Below, piece after piece: positions 40,359 to 52,574 of a stretch of 64,000 nt of DNA. The notes beneath the pieces were generated by a model that saw nothing but the letters and a program-made list of their open reading frames with translations, ran no database searches and was not told where the DNA came from. The first letter of the stretch is position 1. Each line of letters begins with the position of its first letter. The DNA is from Gammaproteobacteria bacterium (GTDB lineage: Bacteria > Pseudomonadota > Gammaproteobacteria > Eutrophobiales > Eutrophobiaceae): positions 973,987 through 1,037,986 of the forward strand of contig OZ253445.1 in NCBI GenBank assembly GCA_965261165.1, read 5' to 3'. Made by a program: the position numbers and the translations under genes.

Positions 40359-40913
40359 ATGGGACATAGGCTTTCAAAGATTTATACAAAAACTGGAGAT
40401 GATGGAGCAACAGGTTTGGCCGATGGAAGTCGTATTGATAAAGACAGTACCTGTGTTAATGCGTTTGGTGATATTGATGAGTTAAATACTATATTAGGGC
40501 TTCTAATTGCGAATAACACTGATAAAAGAATTAATGACTATTTATTGGATATACAACATGTTTTATTTGACTTGGGAGGTGAACTTGCCATTCCTTATAG
40601 CGTGACAATTATTGAATCACGTGTTGAATATCTTGAAAAGATTATCGATGAATACAATTCATCTTTACCTCCACTGAAAGAATTTATCCTCCCCGGAGGA
40701 TCTGTTCCTGCGGCAACATGTCATATTGCGCGTGCAGTTTGTCGCCGTGCAGAGCGGCAGCTTGTGAGTTTATCCAGAGAGATTTCAATTAATCAGGTGT
40801 CACTGAAATTTTTGAATCGATTGTCTGATTTATTGTTTGTTTTTGCCAGGGTTCTGGCGCGCAGTAAAGGAGCTGAGGAGATCTACTGGCAGAGTAATCG
40901 AATCAAAATTTAA
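40359..40913 (+). CDS. PduO-type ATP:cob(I)alamin adenosyltransferase
   Basis: 184 aa; N-terminal KIYTKTGDDGATGL signature of the PduO/MMAB family. Confidence 0.85.
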   Translation: MGHRLSKIYTKTGDDGATGLADGSRIDKDSTCVNAFGDIDELNTILGLLIANNTDKRINDYLLDIQHVLFDLGGELAIPYSVTIIESRVEYLEKIIDEYNSSLPPLKEFILPGGSVPAATCHIARAVCRRAERQLVSLSREISINQVSLKFLNRLSDLLFVFARVLARSKGAEEIYWQSNRIKI

Positions 40914-40923
40914 CGATGGTTAT

Positions 40924-41583
40924 CTAATATGGTTTTTCTTCCAGTTTCAATAGACGACCTTCACGAATCATTTTGACTCTACTGAGAAAAGTATTTCCCA
41001 ATAATATGATTCTGGGAAAACCCCCATCGTGCACCGAAGCCTTTACGTTATCTATTTTAATATCTCCGACCATTACTGTTTTAAGACTAACAGTATAGAT
41101 CTTGTCCAGACCAGAGGCGGTTTCTGATAACCCTTCTATGCCTTCCATTTTGTAGTCAATGCCAATACGTTTGGCATGGTTTGCATTCATGGATATGAAT
41201 GTTGCGCCGGTATCGACTAGAAATTTCACCTGAAATCCATTAATACTACCGTTAACTTTATACATCCCGGTCCTACTGGGTGCGATAGTGACCGCATTGC
41301 CTCCGATTGGTTTTTTAAAGTTGCCACCTATCTGTGTACTCAAGGTGTAGGTATTCTGTTCGCCATCAATCTCTATAACCGCCTCCCTGGAATTTGCCGA
41401 GATAAGTAAAACCCCTTCAGGGCTTGGTTTGCCAACCTTTAGTAATCTTTGTTTGCCATCAATGGTGACGATGACTTTATTCTCAAATAAGCCCAGAATA
41501 GCGAGCTTGTCTACGGCAAATAGATTTATAGAAAAAAGTAATAATAAGAGATATTGCGGTCGTCTTAACATAACATTAAGCAT
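40924..41583 (-). CDS. Retropepsin-like (clan AA) aspartic protease, TIGR02281-type, membrane-anchored
   Basis: 219 aa; N-terminal TM; catalytic FLVDTGAT motif. Confidence 0.7.
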   Translation of the reverse strand: MLNVMLRRPQYLLLLLFSINLFAVDKLAILGLFENKVIVTIDGKQRLLKVGKPSPEGVLLISANSREAVIEIDGEQNTYTLSTQIGGNFKKPIGGNAVTIAPSRTGMYKVNGSINGFQVKFLVDTGATFISMNANHAKRIGIDYKMEGIEGLSETASGLDKIYTVSLKTVMVGDIKIDNVKASVHDGGFPRIILLGNTFLSRVKMIREGRLLKLEEKPY

Positions 41584-41600
41584 AATTTAAAAATAAGTAT

Positions 41601-42311
41601 GTGCCTATGAAACCAATCCTGATCTTCCGTCATATTGTCTGCGAAGGGCCCGGCTATTTGAGTGATTATCTCACATCTCGGGATATTCCGTTTAAGATTA
41701 TTTGTATCGATCAAGGCGAAGAGGTCCCCGAAGATATGGATAACTGCTCAGGTTTGGTCTTTATGGGTGGGCCAATGAGTGTCAATGACAGACTTCCATG
41801 GATAGCAAGGGAATTGAAGCTGATCCGTGCAGCTCATTACAGGAATATGCCCGTACTTGGACATTGTTTGGGGGGGCAACTGATTAGTCAGGCGCTAGGC
41901 GGAGAAATCACCCCGAATCCTGTTCCTGAGATGGGATGGCATCCTGTGACAGGGCATAACAATGAGAATGCGCGAGATTGGCTAAAAGATTTGCCCGAAA
42001 ATTTTGAAGTATTTCATTGGCATGGTGAAACATTTTCACTCCCTGATGGCGCTGTCCCATTATTGCAAAGTGATGTCTGTAAAAATCAGGCTTTTATTCT
42101 TGGCAATTGCCTAGCCTTTCAGTGTCATGTAGAGATGAAAAACAATATGGTGCAGGAATGGTTTGATCTTTATAAAGCTGATATCCCTGAACCTTCATTT
42201 AGTGTGCAGTCATATGAGCAGATGTTAGAGAATCTGGAGCGAAGAATTGAAAATTCGAAAGCTGTCGCCAGTGTGTTTTATGATAAATGGCTATCTGGAG
42301 TGAATCTCTAA
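41601..42311 (+). CDS. Class I glutamine amidotransferase-like protein
   Basis: 236 aa; GATase1 triad context (GHCLGGQ, H..E). Confidence 0.7.
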   Translation: MPMKPILIFRHIVCEGPGYLSDYLTSRDIPFKIICIDQGEEVPEDMDNCSGLVFMGGPMSVNDRLPWIARELKLIRAAHYRNMPVLGHCLGGQLISQALGGEITPNPVPEMGWHPVTGHNNENARDWLKDLPENFEVFHWHGETFSLPDGAVPLLQSDVCKNQAFILGNCLAFQCHVEMKNNMVQEWFDLYKADIPEPSFSVQSYEQMLENLERRIENSKAVASVFYDKWLSGVNL

Positions 42312-43180
42312 GGTATATCTACTGCAATTGAGTTTTGTCTGGGGATTTTCTCTGATGACCAATGCCTGATTCCCCACTGAATAATTTCTTCTGTACTCGC
42401 TTGTGATAGTGATTTTTCAGGATGTTGCCCCAGGAAATCAAGTGCCAAGATTAATGTCATCATGGGATTTCCGTCATCTATAGGGCTTGCATGGTATTGC
42501 TTGCTTAATTTATAGCCTTGTTTATCAATAGCGATAGGTATATGTGAATACACGGGTGTAGGATAATCTAGCGATTCCTGTAAATAGATTTGTCTTGGTG
42601 TCGAGTCAAGCAAATCTGCTCCTCGTACAATTTCTGTGATTCTCTGATAGGCATCATCAACAACAGTAGCAATATGATAGGCAACAAGACCATCAGCGCG
42701 ATGGACGATGAAATCTCCTGTTTCAGTTTTCAGAACCTGTTGAAAATTACCCTGAATTCTATCATCTATTTTGATTGCTATTTGATTGGTGATGATACGG
42801 AGTGCGTGTTGTTGATCATAATTATGTCTTTTATTCCGGCAAGTGCCCGAGTATGCCTTGCCCTGTAACTGTTTTCGGGTACAAATACATCGGTAGATAA
42901 GGTCTTTTCCTGAGAGAAAATTTAAGGCTTCTTGATAGGCATCCCGTCTATGACTCTGGAATAAAACTTCGTCATCCCAGTAAAGGCCTAATATCTCCAG
43001 TGATTTGAGTATGGAAGTATCAATACCTATCTGGTTGCGAGGAGTGTCGATATCGTCCATACGCACCAACCATTTCCCGTGCCGACTTTTTGCCTGCATG
43101 TAACTGGCAACGGCGGCTAAGACTGAACCGAAATGCAAGGGACCAGTAGGTGAAGGTGCGAATCGACCTATTACTGACAT
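42308..43180 (-). CDS. gluQ: Glutamyl-Q tRNA(Asp) synthetase
   Basis: 290 aa; truncated GluRS-like catalytic domain (GRFAPSPTGPLHFGS, KLSKQ). Confidence 0.85.
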   Translation of the reverse strand: MSVIGRFAPSPTGPLHFGSVLAAVASYMQAKSRHGKWLVRMDDIDTPRNQIGIDTSILKSLEILGLYWDDEVLFQSHRRDAYQEALNFLSGKDLIYRCICTRKQLQGKAYSGTCRNKRHNYDQQHALRIITNQIAIKIDDRIQGNFQQVLKTETGDFIVHRADGLVAYHIATVVDDAYQRITEIVRGADLLDSTPRQIYLQESLDYPTPVYSHIPIAIDKQGYKLSKQYHASPIDDGNPMMTLILALDFLGQHPEKSLSQASTEEIIQWGIRHWSSEKIPRQNSIAVDIP

Positions 43181-43220
43181 TAGATTAAATCACAGTCTGG
43201 AAGTGACTATGAGAAAAAAC

Positions 43221-44015
43221 CTAACCCAGATGACGTTCCTTAATTTCATCCAGAGTTTTGCAGTCTATACATTGTGATGCTGTGGGGCGTGCCTCAAGTC
43301 GGCGAATACCAATTTCTATTCCACAAATCTCACAGAAGCCATATTCATCAGAATCAAGCATGGAAATTGATTCTTCAATCTTGCTTATGAGCTTACGTTC
43401 TCTATCGCGTGTACGTAATTCCAATGCAAATTCTTCTTCTTGTGATGCGCGATCATTTGGATCTGGAAAATTGGTAGCATCGTCCTGCATGTGATGCACT
43501 GTCCTATCGACTTCCTGCATGAGTTCTGTTTTCCAGGCGAGCAATATCTTTCTGAAATATTCCGTTTGTTCTTTTCCCATATAATCTTCATTCTTCCTTC
43601 TCTGTTTATATGGAGTAATTTTCCTTTTTAGTTTTCCTGTTGTTTTTTTCTTTTTGGCAGGGGTTTTTTTACTTACTTTCTTTTTAGCAACTGATTTCTT
43701 AGCTACCTTTTTGGCCGCCTTCTTTTTGGAGGTTTTCTTTTTGGCAGGGGTTTTTTTACTTACTTTCTTTTTAGCAACTGATTTCTTAGCTACCTTTTTG
43801 GCCACCTTCTTTTTGGAGGTTTTCTTTTTGGCAGGGGTTTTTTTACTTACTTTCTTTTTAGCAACTGATTTCTTAGCTACCTTTTTGGCCACCTTCTTTT
43901 TGGAGGTTTTCTTTTTGGCAGGGGTTTTTTTACTTACTTTCTTTTTAGCAACTGATTTCTTAGCTACCTTTTTGGCCACCTTCTTTTTGGCAGTTGCTTT
44001 TTTCTTGGCAGGCAT
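43221..44015 (-). CDS. dksA: DksA (RNA polymerase-binding transcription factor) with a 125-aa N-terminal Lys/Ala-rich histone-H1-like repeat extension
   Basis: C-terminal 140 aa collinear with E. coli DksA (DRTVHHMQDDATNFPDPNDRASQEEEF...CEICGIEIGIRRLEARPTASQCIDCK); N-terminus is 4 copies of VAKKVAKKSVAKKKVSKKTPAKKKTSKKK. Confidence 0.85.
   Translation of the reverse strand: MPAKKKATAKKKVAKKVAKKSVAKKKVSKKTPAKKKTSKKKVAKKVAKKSVAKKKVSKKTPAKKKTSKKKVAKKVAKKSVAKKKVSKKTPAKKKTSKKKAAKKVAKKSVAKKKVSKKTPAKKKKTTGKLKRKITPYKQRRKNEDYMGKEQTEYFRKILLAWKTELMQEVDRTVHHMQDDATNFPDPNDRASQEEEFALELRTRDRERKLISKIEESISMLDSDEYGFCEICGIEIGIRRLEARPTASQCIDCKTLDEIKERHLG
43651..44010 (-). repeat. Tandem repeat, 87-bp unit x about 4.1 (three near-perfect copies) within dksA
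   Basis: ctttttggcaggggtttttttacttactttctttttagcaactgatttcttagctacctttttggcc(g/a)ccttctttttggaggttttc repeated at 43651, 43738, 43825, 43912. Confidence 0.85.
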
Positions 44016-44122
44016 AACCTGATTACTCCAAACTACTTAAAAAATTCAGCGGGCATAAATAACAGAAAGTTTGCCTTTAGGCAATCTGGATTTTCTCTAA
44101 AAACCGCTTGGCTGCGATTATA

Positions 44123-44833
44123 TCAAAAATTTGTAATCAGGACGGATTTTAATTTATCTGCCCACATTTTACTTGCGCCAGCGACGGCAATGGGCATAGC
44201 AATAAAATTTATGATGGGTGTAAATGTCAGCAACATCACTCCTAAGCCAAAACCAAAAGTTTGTTTTTTCTGCATTGCCATGATTCTGCGTTGTTCTGGA
44301 AATATAATGCCATGATTAGCCATGGGGTAGTCTATATATTCCAATGCCAGCATCCATGCGCCAAAAAGCAACCAGAGGAATGATGCTATTATCTGAACAA
44401 CAGGGATAATGGATAATAAAAACAACGGGAGTGCCCAGACGATAAGATAGAGAAATTTTCCGATTTCAGACCTTATAGCCTTAATTATTTTTAACTCATC
44501 AGTATTGTTCAAGGTCATGTTTGACAGTTTGCTTTCTACTGCTTTTGCTAGAAATCCGTTGAATGGTGCAGCAATCAGATTTGCCGCGATAGTAAAGCAA
44601 AAAAAGATAAGGCTCAGACAGAAAACAGCAAAAAGTGGCCAAATTATCCAGCTTGTCCACCCCCACCAACCGCTTAATAAATCCGAGAGATTATTAGAAC
44701 TATAGGCAATAACAGATATAAATAAAAGCACATTAACTAATAAAGGGATGAATACATAAGCTCTAATTCCGGGCTGTACTATCAATTTAAAACCAGAGAA
44801 AGCATATTTAAAACCTGTAATAAAATCACTCAT
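44123..44833 (-). CDS. cysZ: CysZ-family sulfate transporter
   Basis: 236 aa, collinear with E. coli CysZ (QPGIR..F..PLLVN.LL...AAPFNGFLA...W.LA..Y.DYP..NH). Confidence 0.8.
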   Translation of the reverse strand: MSDFITGFKYAFSGFKLIVQPGIRAYVFIPLLVNVLLFISVIAYSSNNLSDLLSGWWGWTSWIIWPLFAVFCLSLIFFCFTIAANLIAAPFNGFLAKAVESKLSNMTLNNTDELKIIKAIRSEIGKFLYLIVWALPLFLLSIIPVVQIIASFLWLLFGAWMLALEYIDYPMANHGIIFPEQRRIMAMQKKQTFGFGLGVMLLTFTPIINFIAMPIAVAGASKMWADKLKSVLITNF

Positions 44834-44849
44834 TTAGATAGGAATAGCG

Positions 44850-45275
44850 TCAAGGCAAAGAGATTGCCTCTGCTGGATGCCACCCATCCATTCTATGTTC
44901 TGTGGCCACTGTGGTGCGGAGCCCGCCCCTGACGTTGAATTTTGCCGTGAGTCGCATAAATCTTGGGGATATTGCCGTAGTAATGTCTTCTAATATTTTA
45001 TTGGCAATAGCTTCATGAAAGGCACCTTTATCTCTGTATGACCAGATATAGAGTTTTAATGCCTTCAGTTCGATACATAGTGCGTCGGGGATGTAATCAA
45101 ATTCTAACGTCGCAAAATCTGGTTGCCCAGTTTTGGGGCACAAACAGGTAAATTCATGGGTTGAAATATGTATCAAGTAATCCCTCTCTGGCGATGGATT
45201 TGGGAATGTTTCTAATTGTTCTGAAGGTCTTGTTGCCATATCGTTAATCGTTATAAAAAATTGCGCGTGAACCAT
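44850..45275 (-). CDS. queF: NADPH-dependent 7-cyano-7-deazaguanine reductase (type I)
   Basis: 141 aa; [16 protein letters not shown] catalytic Cys motif. Confidence 0.85.
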   Translation of the reverse strand: MVHAQFFITINDMATRPSEQLETFPNPSPERDYLIHISTHEFTCLCPKTGQPDFATLEFDYIPDALCIELKALKLYIWSYRDKGAFHEAIANKILEDITTAISPRFMRLTAKFNVRGGLRTTVATEHRMDGWHPAEAISLP

Positions 45276-45435
45276 AGCATAATTTTAAAAAAAGTTACTG
45301 ACGTAAGTTAATGAAGCGCTTTAATTTATGAGTAAAAATCAATATAAATCAATTATATATATAAATAAATTAAAGTTATTAATAGTTTTTTGTTTTGCTT
45401 GTTTGTATCGCTTAATCTTTGTATTGTAACGCCTC

Positions 45436-48400
45436 ATGCGCTTAGGCAAAGTCAAACTAGCTGGATTTAAATCTTTCGTCGATCCTACCACCCTTAAGCT
45501 GCCCGGAAATCTGGTTGGTGTGGTCGGACCTAACGGATGCGGCAAGTCTAATATCATTGATGCCGTCATGTGGGTTATGGGTGAAAGTTCTGCTAAGCAT
45601 TTGCGTGGTGATTCGCTCACCGATGTCATTTTTAACGGCTCAACAGCAAGAAATCCTGTCGGTCAAGCCTCTGTAGAACTGCTTTTTGATAATTCAGAAG
45701 GCAGAGTTGGCGGTCAATATGCCAGCTATAGTGAGATCGCAATCAGACGCCAGATTAATCGTGATGCAATCTCGACCTATTATCTCAATGGCGCACGATG
45801 TCGTCGTCGAGATATTCAGGAAATCTTTTTAGGTACAGGCTTAGGCCCCAGAAGTTATGCCATTATTGAACAGGGGACAATCTCCCGCTTAATCGAAGCG
45901 AAACCAAATGAATTACGCACATTCATTGAAGAAGCGGCTGGCATCTCCAAGTATAGGGAAAGACGTCGGGAAACTGAAAATAGAATAAAACATACCAAAG
46001 AAAATATTAGCCGACTCACAGATGTTCGTAATGAGTTAGAAAAACAACTGAATCACCTGCAACGTCAGGCAAAAGCCGCAGAAAGATATCAAGGATTAAA
46101 AAAAGATGAACGCCATCTACAGGCAGAGTTATTAGCGTTTAATTGGAAACATCTGAAAGTTCACATGAAAGATGAAGAAGAGCTGATGATTGCCCGGGAG
46201 AATCTGGTCGAAGCTGGGCTTGCGGGTTTACGAGAAGTTGAGAGTGATATAGAGAAGCATCGTGATGAGCTGGTGTCAGCCAATGAAGGCTTCAATATTG
46301 CGCAATCGAATTTTTATGGTATCGGTGGCGAAATTTCTCAGCTAGAACAAAAAATTCAACACACAAAAGAAAGAATCGCATCCATTAAACAGGATATTGA
46401 ACAGGCTCAGCAGGAAGAAGCTGGAGCCAATCAACATCTGCAACAAGATAAAAATAAACTGGAGATGCTCGTGGCCAAAGCGAGTTCACTGGAACCAAAG
46501 TTGCGAGGCTATAGAAATGAAAGTGACAAGGCCTATGAGTTTTTGAACGAAGCCGAACAGGCAATGCAGAGTTGGCAGGCCGAGTGGGATACTTTTAATG
46601 AGGCAGCAGCGGATTGTTCGCAGCAGGAACAAATCGGTAGGACACGACTAGAGCACCTACAACAAGATATTGATGCAGCATTGCAGCGGCGTAAGGTCTT
46701 AGAACGAGAGTTAAATGCCGTTGATATAGAAGCAAATCGTAAAACAATTGAGGAGCAAACAACATCAGTAAAAATATCAGAAGGAAAACAAGCTAAATTT
46801 ACAGAACAACTTGGAGCTAAAAGTGAAACATTATTATCTTTTCGCGATGAAGCTCAGGCACTTAACGAAAAAGCAAATGAACAGCGTCAAGCACAGCAGA
46901 AATTGGCAGGTCGATTATCATCACTTGAGGCACTACAGCAATCTTCTTTTGGTAAGGATCAAGGGAAAATCAGCAATTGGCTTGAATCTGCCGGGTTGAC
47001 AGATAAACCAAGATTGTCACAAAAATTAGCAGTTGAAGCGGAATGGCTTCGTGCCGTTGAAATTGTTCTAGAAGATAACTTGCAGGATATTGTTGTTGAT
47101 GACCATGGGCAATACACTGCGGAGTTGGCCGCTTTAAGTGAAGGCAATTTAGGTCTTATCTCGGCAGCAGGAAAAGAAGTATTCCCAGCGCAGACAGAGT
47201 TCACTCTACTGTCAGATAAAATTAATGCTTCTTTTTCACTGGTTGGTTTGCTTGATGGTATTTATATTGCCGAGAGTCTTGAATCTGCAAAAGAAATAAG
47301 AACGCAATTAAAAGATAATGAATCTGTTATTACTAACGATGGAATATGGCTTGGTCGCAGTTGGTCTAGAGTCTGTAGAGGTATGGATGAACAAAACAGG
47401 ACTTTGACCAGAGAGCAGGAGATTCAAGAGCTTAAATCACAGCATGCGATGGCTGAGCGGCAACTACAAAAACTTGAAGCAAACATTGAAAGTAGTCGAG
47501 TCTCACATGAACAGGTAGAGCAGGTATTAAATGATCTACAATCGAGTCTACGCCAGAATCAAGAAGAATTATCCGATTCTCGAGCATCATTGGCCGCAAG
47601 CCTAGCGCAACAGGAACAGCTTGAAGCAAGAGCCACAAAAATTAATGAAGAGTTAGTTTCTCTGGACGAACAGACAAGAGATGACGAATTCGAAATAGAG
47701 ACGATTAATAATAATCTGCAAGGTGTCTCTGATAATCGTCAGGATATAGAAGGACAGCGTGAAACCTTGATCACGTTGAAAGAACAGCATAGAACTTCAC
47801 TGGAGAGTGCACGTCAACGCTGGCAGTCAACACATGAAGAGAGTCATGGAGTAGCACTTCAGCTTGAATCAATCAGTTCGCAACGTGCATCTCTTGAGCA
47901 GGGAATGAAGCGCAACCAGATGCAACTTGAACATTTGCAGAAGCGCTGTACAGATCTCAAACATTCCCTGAGTGAACACGAAAAACCTTTGCAAGGGTAT
48001 CAAGATGAGCTTGAATTGAAACTTAAAGACAAGATATCAACGGAAAAATGTCTGGTAGATGCCAGAACGCTGGCTCAAGCAATTGAAACAAGTCTTAGAG
48101 AAGCTGAGCAGCTTCGAAGTACTAAGGAACAAAAACAGCAGGAATTACGAGGGCTTCTGGAAAAGGCACGATTGGTGACTCAGGAAAGTCATATTCGCTT
48201 ACGAAATATTGAGGAACAGCTCGAATCTAACGGACATGAGATCGCTTCGATACTTGAGCAATTGGCAGAGGATGCCAGTATTGATATTTGGAAAGAGCGT
48301 TTAGAAAACCTGTCAAGAAAAATACAGAGACTGGATCCAATCAATCTCGCGGCGATTGATGAATTTTCCCAGTTATCAGAACGTAAAATTTATCTCGATA

Positions 48401-48948
48401 GTCAAGATGAAGATCTGACGAAGGCCTTAAAGACATTGGAAAATGCAATCCATAAGATTGATAAGGAAACAAGAACAAGATTTAAAGAAACATTTGATAA
48501 ACTGAACACCAATCTTAAGGAAAGATTCCCACAATTATTTGGCGGTGGGCATGCATATCTTGAGCTGATTGGCGAAGATCTATTACAAACAGGTGTCACT
48601 ATTATGGCCAGACCACCCGGCAAACGTAATAGTACAATTCACTTGTTGTCGGGCGGGGAGAAAGCCCTGACTGCGATAGCGCTGGTGTTCTCAATCTTTG
48701 AACTTAATCCAGCACCTTTTTGTATCCTTGATGAGGTTGACGCACCTTTAGATGACGCCAATGTTCAGCATTATAGTAATATGCTGGCAAAAATGTCAGC
48801 AGATGTTCAATTCATCTTCATTACACATAACAAGATCACAATGGAAATTGCCAATCAATTACTGGGTGTCACCATGCACGAGCCAGGCGTTTCTCGTATG
48901 GTCTCTGTTGATGTTGATGAAGCTGTCGAGATGGCACAGATAGCCTGA
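45436..48948 (+). CDS. smc: Chromosome partition protein SMC
   Basis: 1170 aa; Walker A GPNGCGKSN, long coiled coils, hinge, C-terminal LSGGEKALTAIAL signature and Walker B ILDEVDAPLD. Confidence 0.9.
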   Translation: MRLGKVKLAGFKSFVDPTTLKLPGNLVGVVGPNGCGKSNIIDAVMWVMGESSAKHLRGDSLTDVIFNGSTARNPVGQASVELLFDNSEGRVGGQYASYSEIAIRRQINRDAISTYYLNGARCRRRDIQEIFLGTGLGPRSYAIIEQGTISRLIEAKPNELRTFIEEAAGISKYRERRRETENRIKHTKENISRLTDVRNELEKQLNHLQRQAKAAERYQGLKKDERHLQAELLAFNWKHLKVHMKDEEELMIARENLVEAGLAGLREVESDIEKHRDELVSANEGFNIAQSNFYGIGGEISQLEQKIQHTKERIASIKQDIEQAQQEEAGANQHLQQDKNKLEMLVAKASSLEPKLRGYRNESDKAYEFLNEAEQAMQSWQAEWDTFNEAAADCSQQEQIGRTRLEHLQQDIDAALQRRKVLERELNAVDIEANRKTIEEQTTSVKISEGKQAKFTEQLGAKSETLLSFRDEAQALNEKANEQRQAQQKLAGRLSSLEALQQSSFGKDQGKISNWLESAGLTDKPRLSQKLAVEAEWLRAVEIVLEDNLQDIVVDDHGQYTAELAALSEGNLGLISAAGKEVFPAQTEFTLLSDKINASFSLVGLLDGIYIAESLESAKEIRTQLKDNESVITNDGIWLGRSWSRVCRGMDEQNRTLTREQEIQELKSQHAMAERQLQKLEANIESSRVSHEQVEQVLNDLQSSLRQNQEELSDSRASLAASLAQQEQLEARATKINEELVSLDEQTRDDEFEIETINNNLQGVSDNRQDIEGQRETLITLKEQHRTSLESARQRWQSTHEESHGVALQLESISSQRASLEQGMKRNQMQLEHLQKRCTDLKHSLSEHEKPLQGYQDELELKLKDKISTEKCLVDARTLAQAIETSLREAEQLRSTKEQKQQELRGLLEKARLVTQESHIRLRNIEEQLESNGHEIASILEQLAEDASIDIWKERLENLSRKIQRLDPINLAAIDEFSQLSERKIYLDSQDEDLTKALKTLENAIHKIDKETRTRFKETFDKLNTNLKERFPQLFGGGHAYLELIGEDLLQTGVTIMARPPGKRNSTIHLLSGGEKALTAIALVFSIFELNPAPFCILDEVDAPLDDANVQHYSNMLAKMSADVQFIFITHNKITMEIANQLLGVTMHEPGVSRMVSVDVDEAVEMAQIA

Positions 48949-49018
48949 TGTATAATGCGCACGGCGTATTCTCAAATAGTGTTTCCTCAAGAAATTTTCT
49001 AAATTTAATTGAAGAAAC

Positions 49019-49786
49019 ATGAATGATTTACGTTTGATACTGCTTGGTATCGGATTATTCATTATTGCGGTTATCTATCTTTGGGAAACCTTCAAGCAAA
49101 AAGCAGAAGATCGCTCTCACACAAGAAAAATCACAAGTTTTAAGAGGGATTCCTTTATAGATGCTGGGGGCATGCCAATTGATGATATCGATGATAGAGC
49201 AAGTGCAGAAACCCTAGCAGAGGCGGATGCTTTTTTGGCTAACCATGAATTTCCCTATATCAATACATCTGAGACTCCCTTGAAAACAAAGATGGAAGAA
49301 ATTGATGAACAAGAAATTAAATTATCTAGGTCAATCCCGAATAGGTCTGCTGATTTGGATACGCAACAAACTTCTGACGATCAGATTATCACCTTCCTGA
49401 TCAAATCATCTCTGGACAAAGAATTTTCTGGCATTGATATATTGAAGGCAACAGAGGCTGTTGGTTTGAAATTTGGTGAGATGAAAATTTTCCATCATCA
49501 CGGCGTGGAAGGGATGGAGACTACGGAAGCCATTTTCAGTCTGGCAAATATGTATGAACCAGGCTATTTTGATTTAGATAAAATGGAAGACTACAAAACA
49601 AAAGGGTTGGCTCTGTTTATGCAATTACCAACCCCAATAGATAGCATGCCTGCATTTGATTTAATACAGGAAACTGCAATTAAATTGTCTGATATGCTTG
49701 AGGGTGAGGTTTGGAGTTCAAAACATAAAGTAATTGATGAAGAAGCATTACTTGCGATGCGCGATATGATTGTTAAATCTTCCTGA
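49019..49786 (+). CDS. zipA: Cell division protein ZipA
   Basis: 255 aa; N-terminal TM, charged linker, C-terminal FtsZ-binding domain; conserved smc-zipA-ligA order. Confidence 0.8.
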   Translation: MNDLRLILLGIGLFIIAVIYLWETFKQKAEDRSHTRKITSFKRDSFIDAGGMPIDDIDDRASAETLAEADAFLANHEFPYINTSETPLKTKMEEIDEQEIKLSRSIPNRSADLDTQQTSDDQIITFLIKSSLDKEFSGIDILKATEAVGLKFGEMKIFHHHGVEGMETTEAIFSLANMYEPGYFDLDKMEDYKTKGLALFMQLPTPIDSMPAFDLIQETAIKLSDMLEGEVWSSKHKVIDEEALLAMRDMIVKSS

Positions 49787-49801
49787 CCCATCATCACCTG
49801 A

Positions 49802-51820
<2,019 letters not shown>

Positions 51821-52549
51821 CTACTGATCTAATTCAGATCTGCCGCCGATGATAATGGCACTAATCAGGATAAGGCTGGCAATTATGAAATAGACTGTTG
51901 CAAGCTGCATACTGAGAATAAAGTGTAATGCGACAATGACAGAGATAAGCGCCAGTATCCGAGCGCCATGTAGTTGATTCGGTCGTAACAGCCAGTGAAT
52001 GCATAGAATCAGTATTGCAAAACTGATTACCAATAGCCCTGATTGTTTGATAATAGTTTTTCCTTGCCAAGGATGTATGAGTAAATCCATGGAGATATAG
52101 GTCGAAATCCCAAATTGATTGGTTTTCACTAAGCAAAATATAGTGATTATCTGTACTGCAATAAAGATTAGACACCTTGCTCCATGTTGATTAAGGATGC
52201 CGCGTTCTTTTAGGTAATTAAATACCAAGAAATTAAGCGGGATCAAAATACAAAGGAAATTAAACAGGAGTTCTTTTTGAAACCCTGCGAGGCCTTTGCC
52301 CCAAAAGAACTGGCTTAAGGCACCAAATGAAACAGCAAGGATAATAAAAAGATTGAATTCTCGCCCTTTATGGGACAACCAACATAGCGCAAGCCCAATG
52401 GCAAAAACTACGCAGGAAAGGATGTGTAGATTGGCACCCAACCATGTATATTTTGGGAATTCAGCCCACCCAAGAGTGATTGATACTGCTGGCAACAATA
52501 GTATCAGCAATAATAATAATGCTTTAAAATTACGTGAGTTATTGCTCAA
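51821..52549 (-). CDS. Polytopic membrane protein of unknown function (about 7 TM)
   Basis: 242 aa, highly hydrophobic, between ligA and nadB. Confidence 0.4.
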   Translation of the reverse strand: MSNNSRNFKALLLLLILLLPAVSITLGWAEFPKYTWLGANLHILSCVVFAIGLALCWLSHKGREFNLFIILAVSFGALSQFFWGKGLAGFQKELLFNFLCILIPLNFLVFNYLKERGILNQHGARCLIFIAVQIITIFCLVKTNQFGISTYISMDLLIHPWQGKTIIKQSGLLVISFAILILCIHWLLRPNQLHGARILALISVIVALHFILSMQLATVYFIIASLILISAIIIGGRSELDQ

Positions 52550-52574
52550 TTATTAAAGTATAAATATTAAGTTT

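Noticed and set aside
43654-44022. 122-aa plus-strand ORF (FFLATDFLATFLA repeats)
   Set aside because: Antisense translation of the dksA Lys-rich repeat; low-complexity artefact.
45339-45629. 96-aa minus-strand ORF overlapping the smc start
   Set aside because: Antisense to the highly conserved SMC N-terminus (Walker A region); no independent support.
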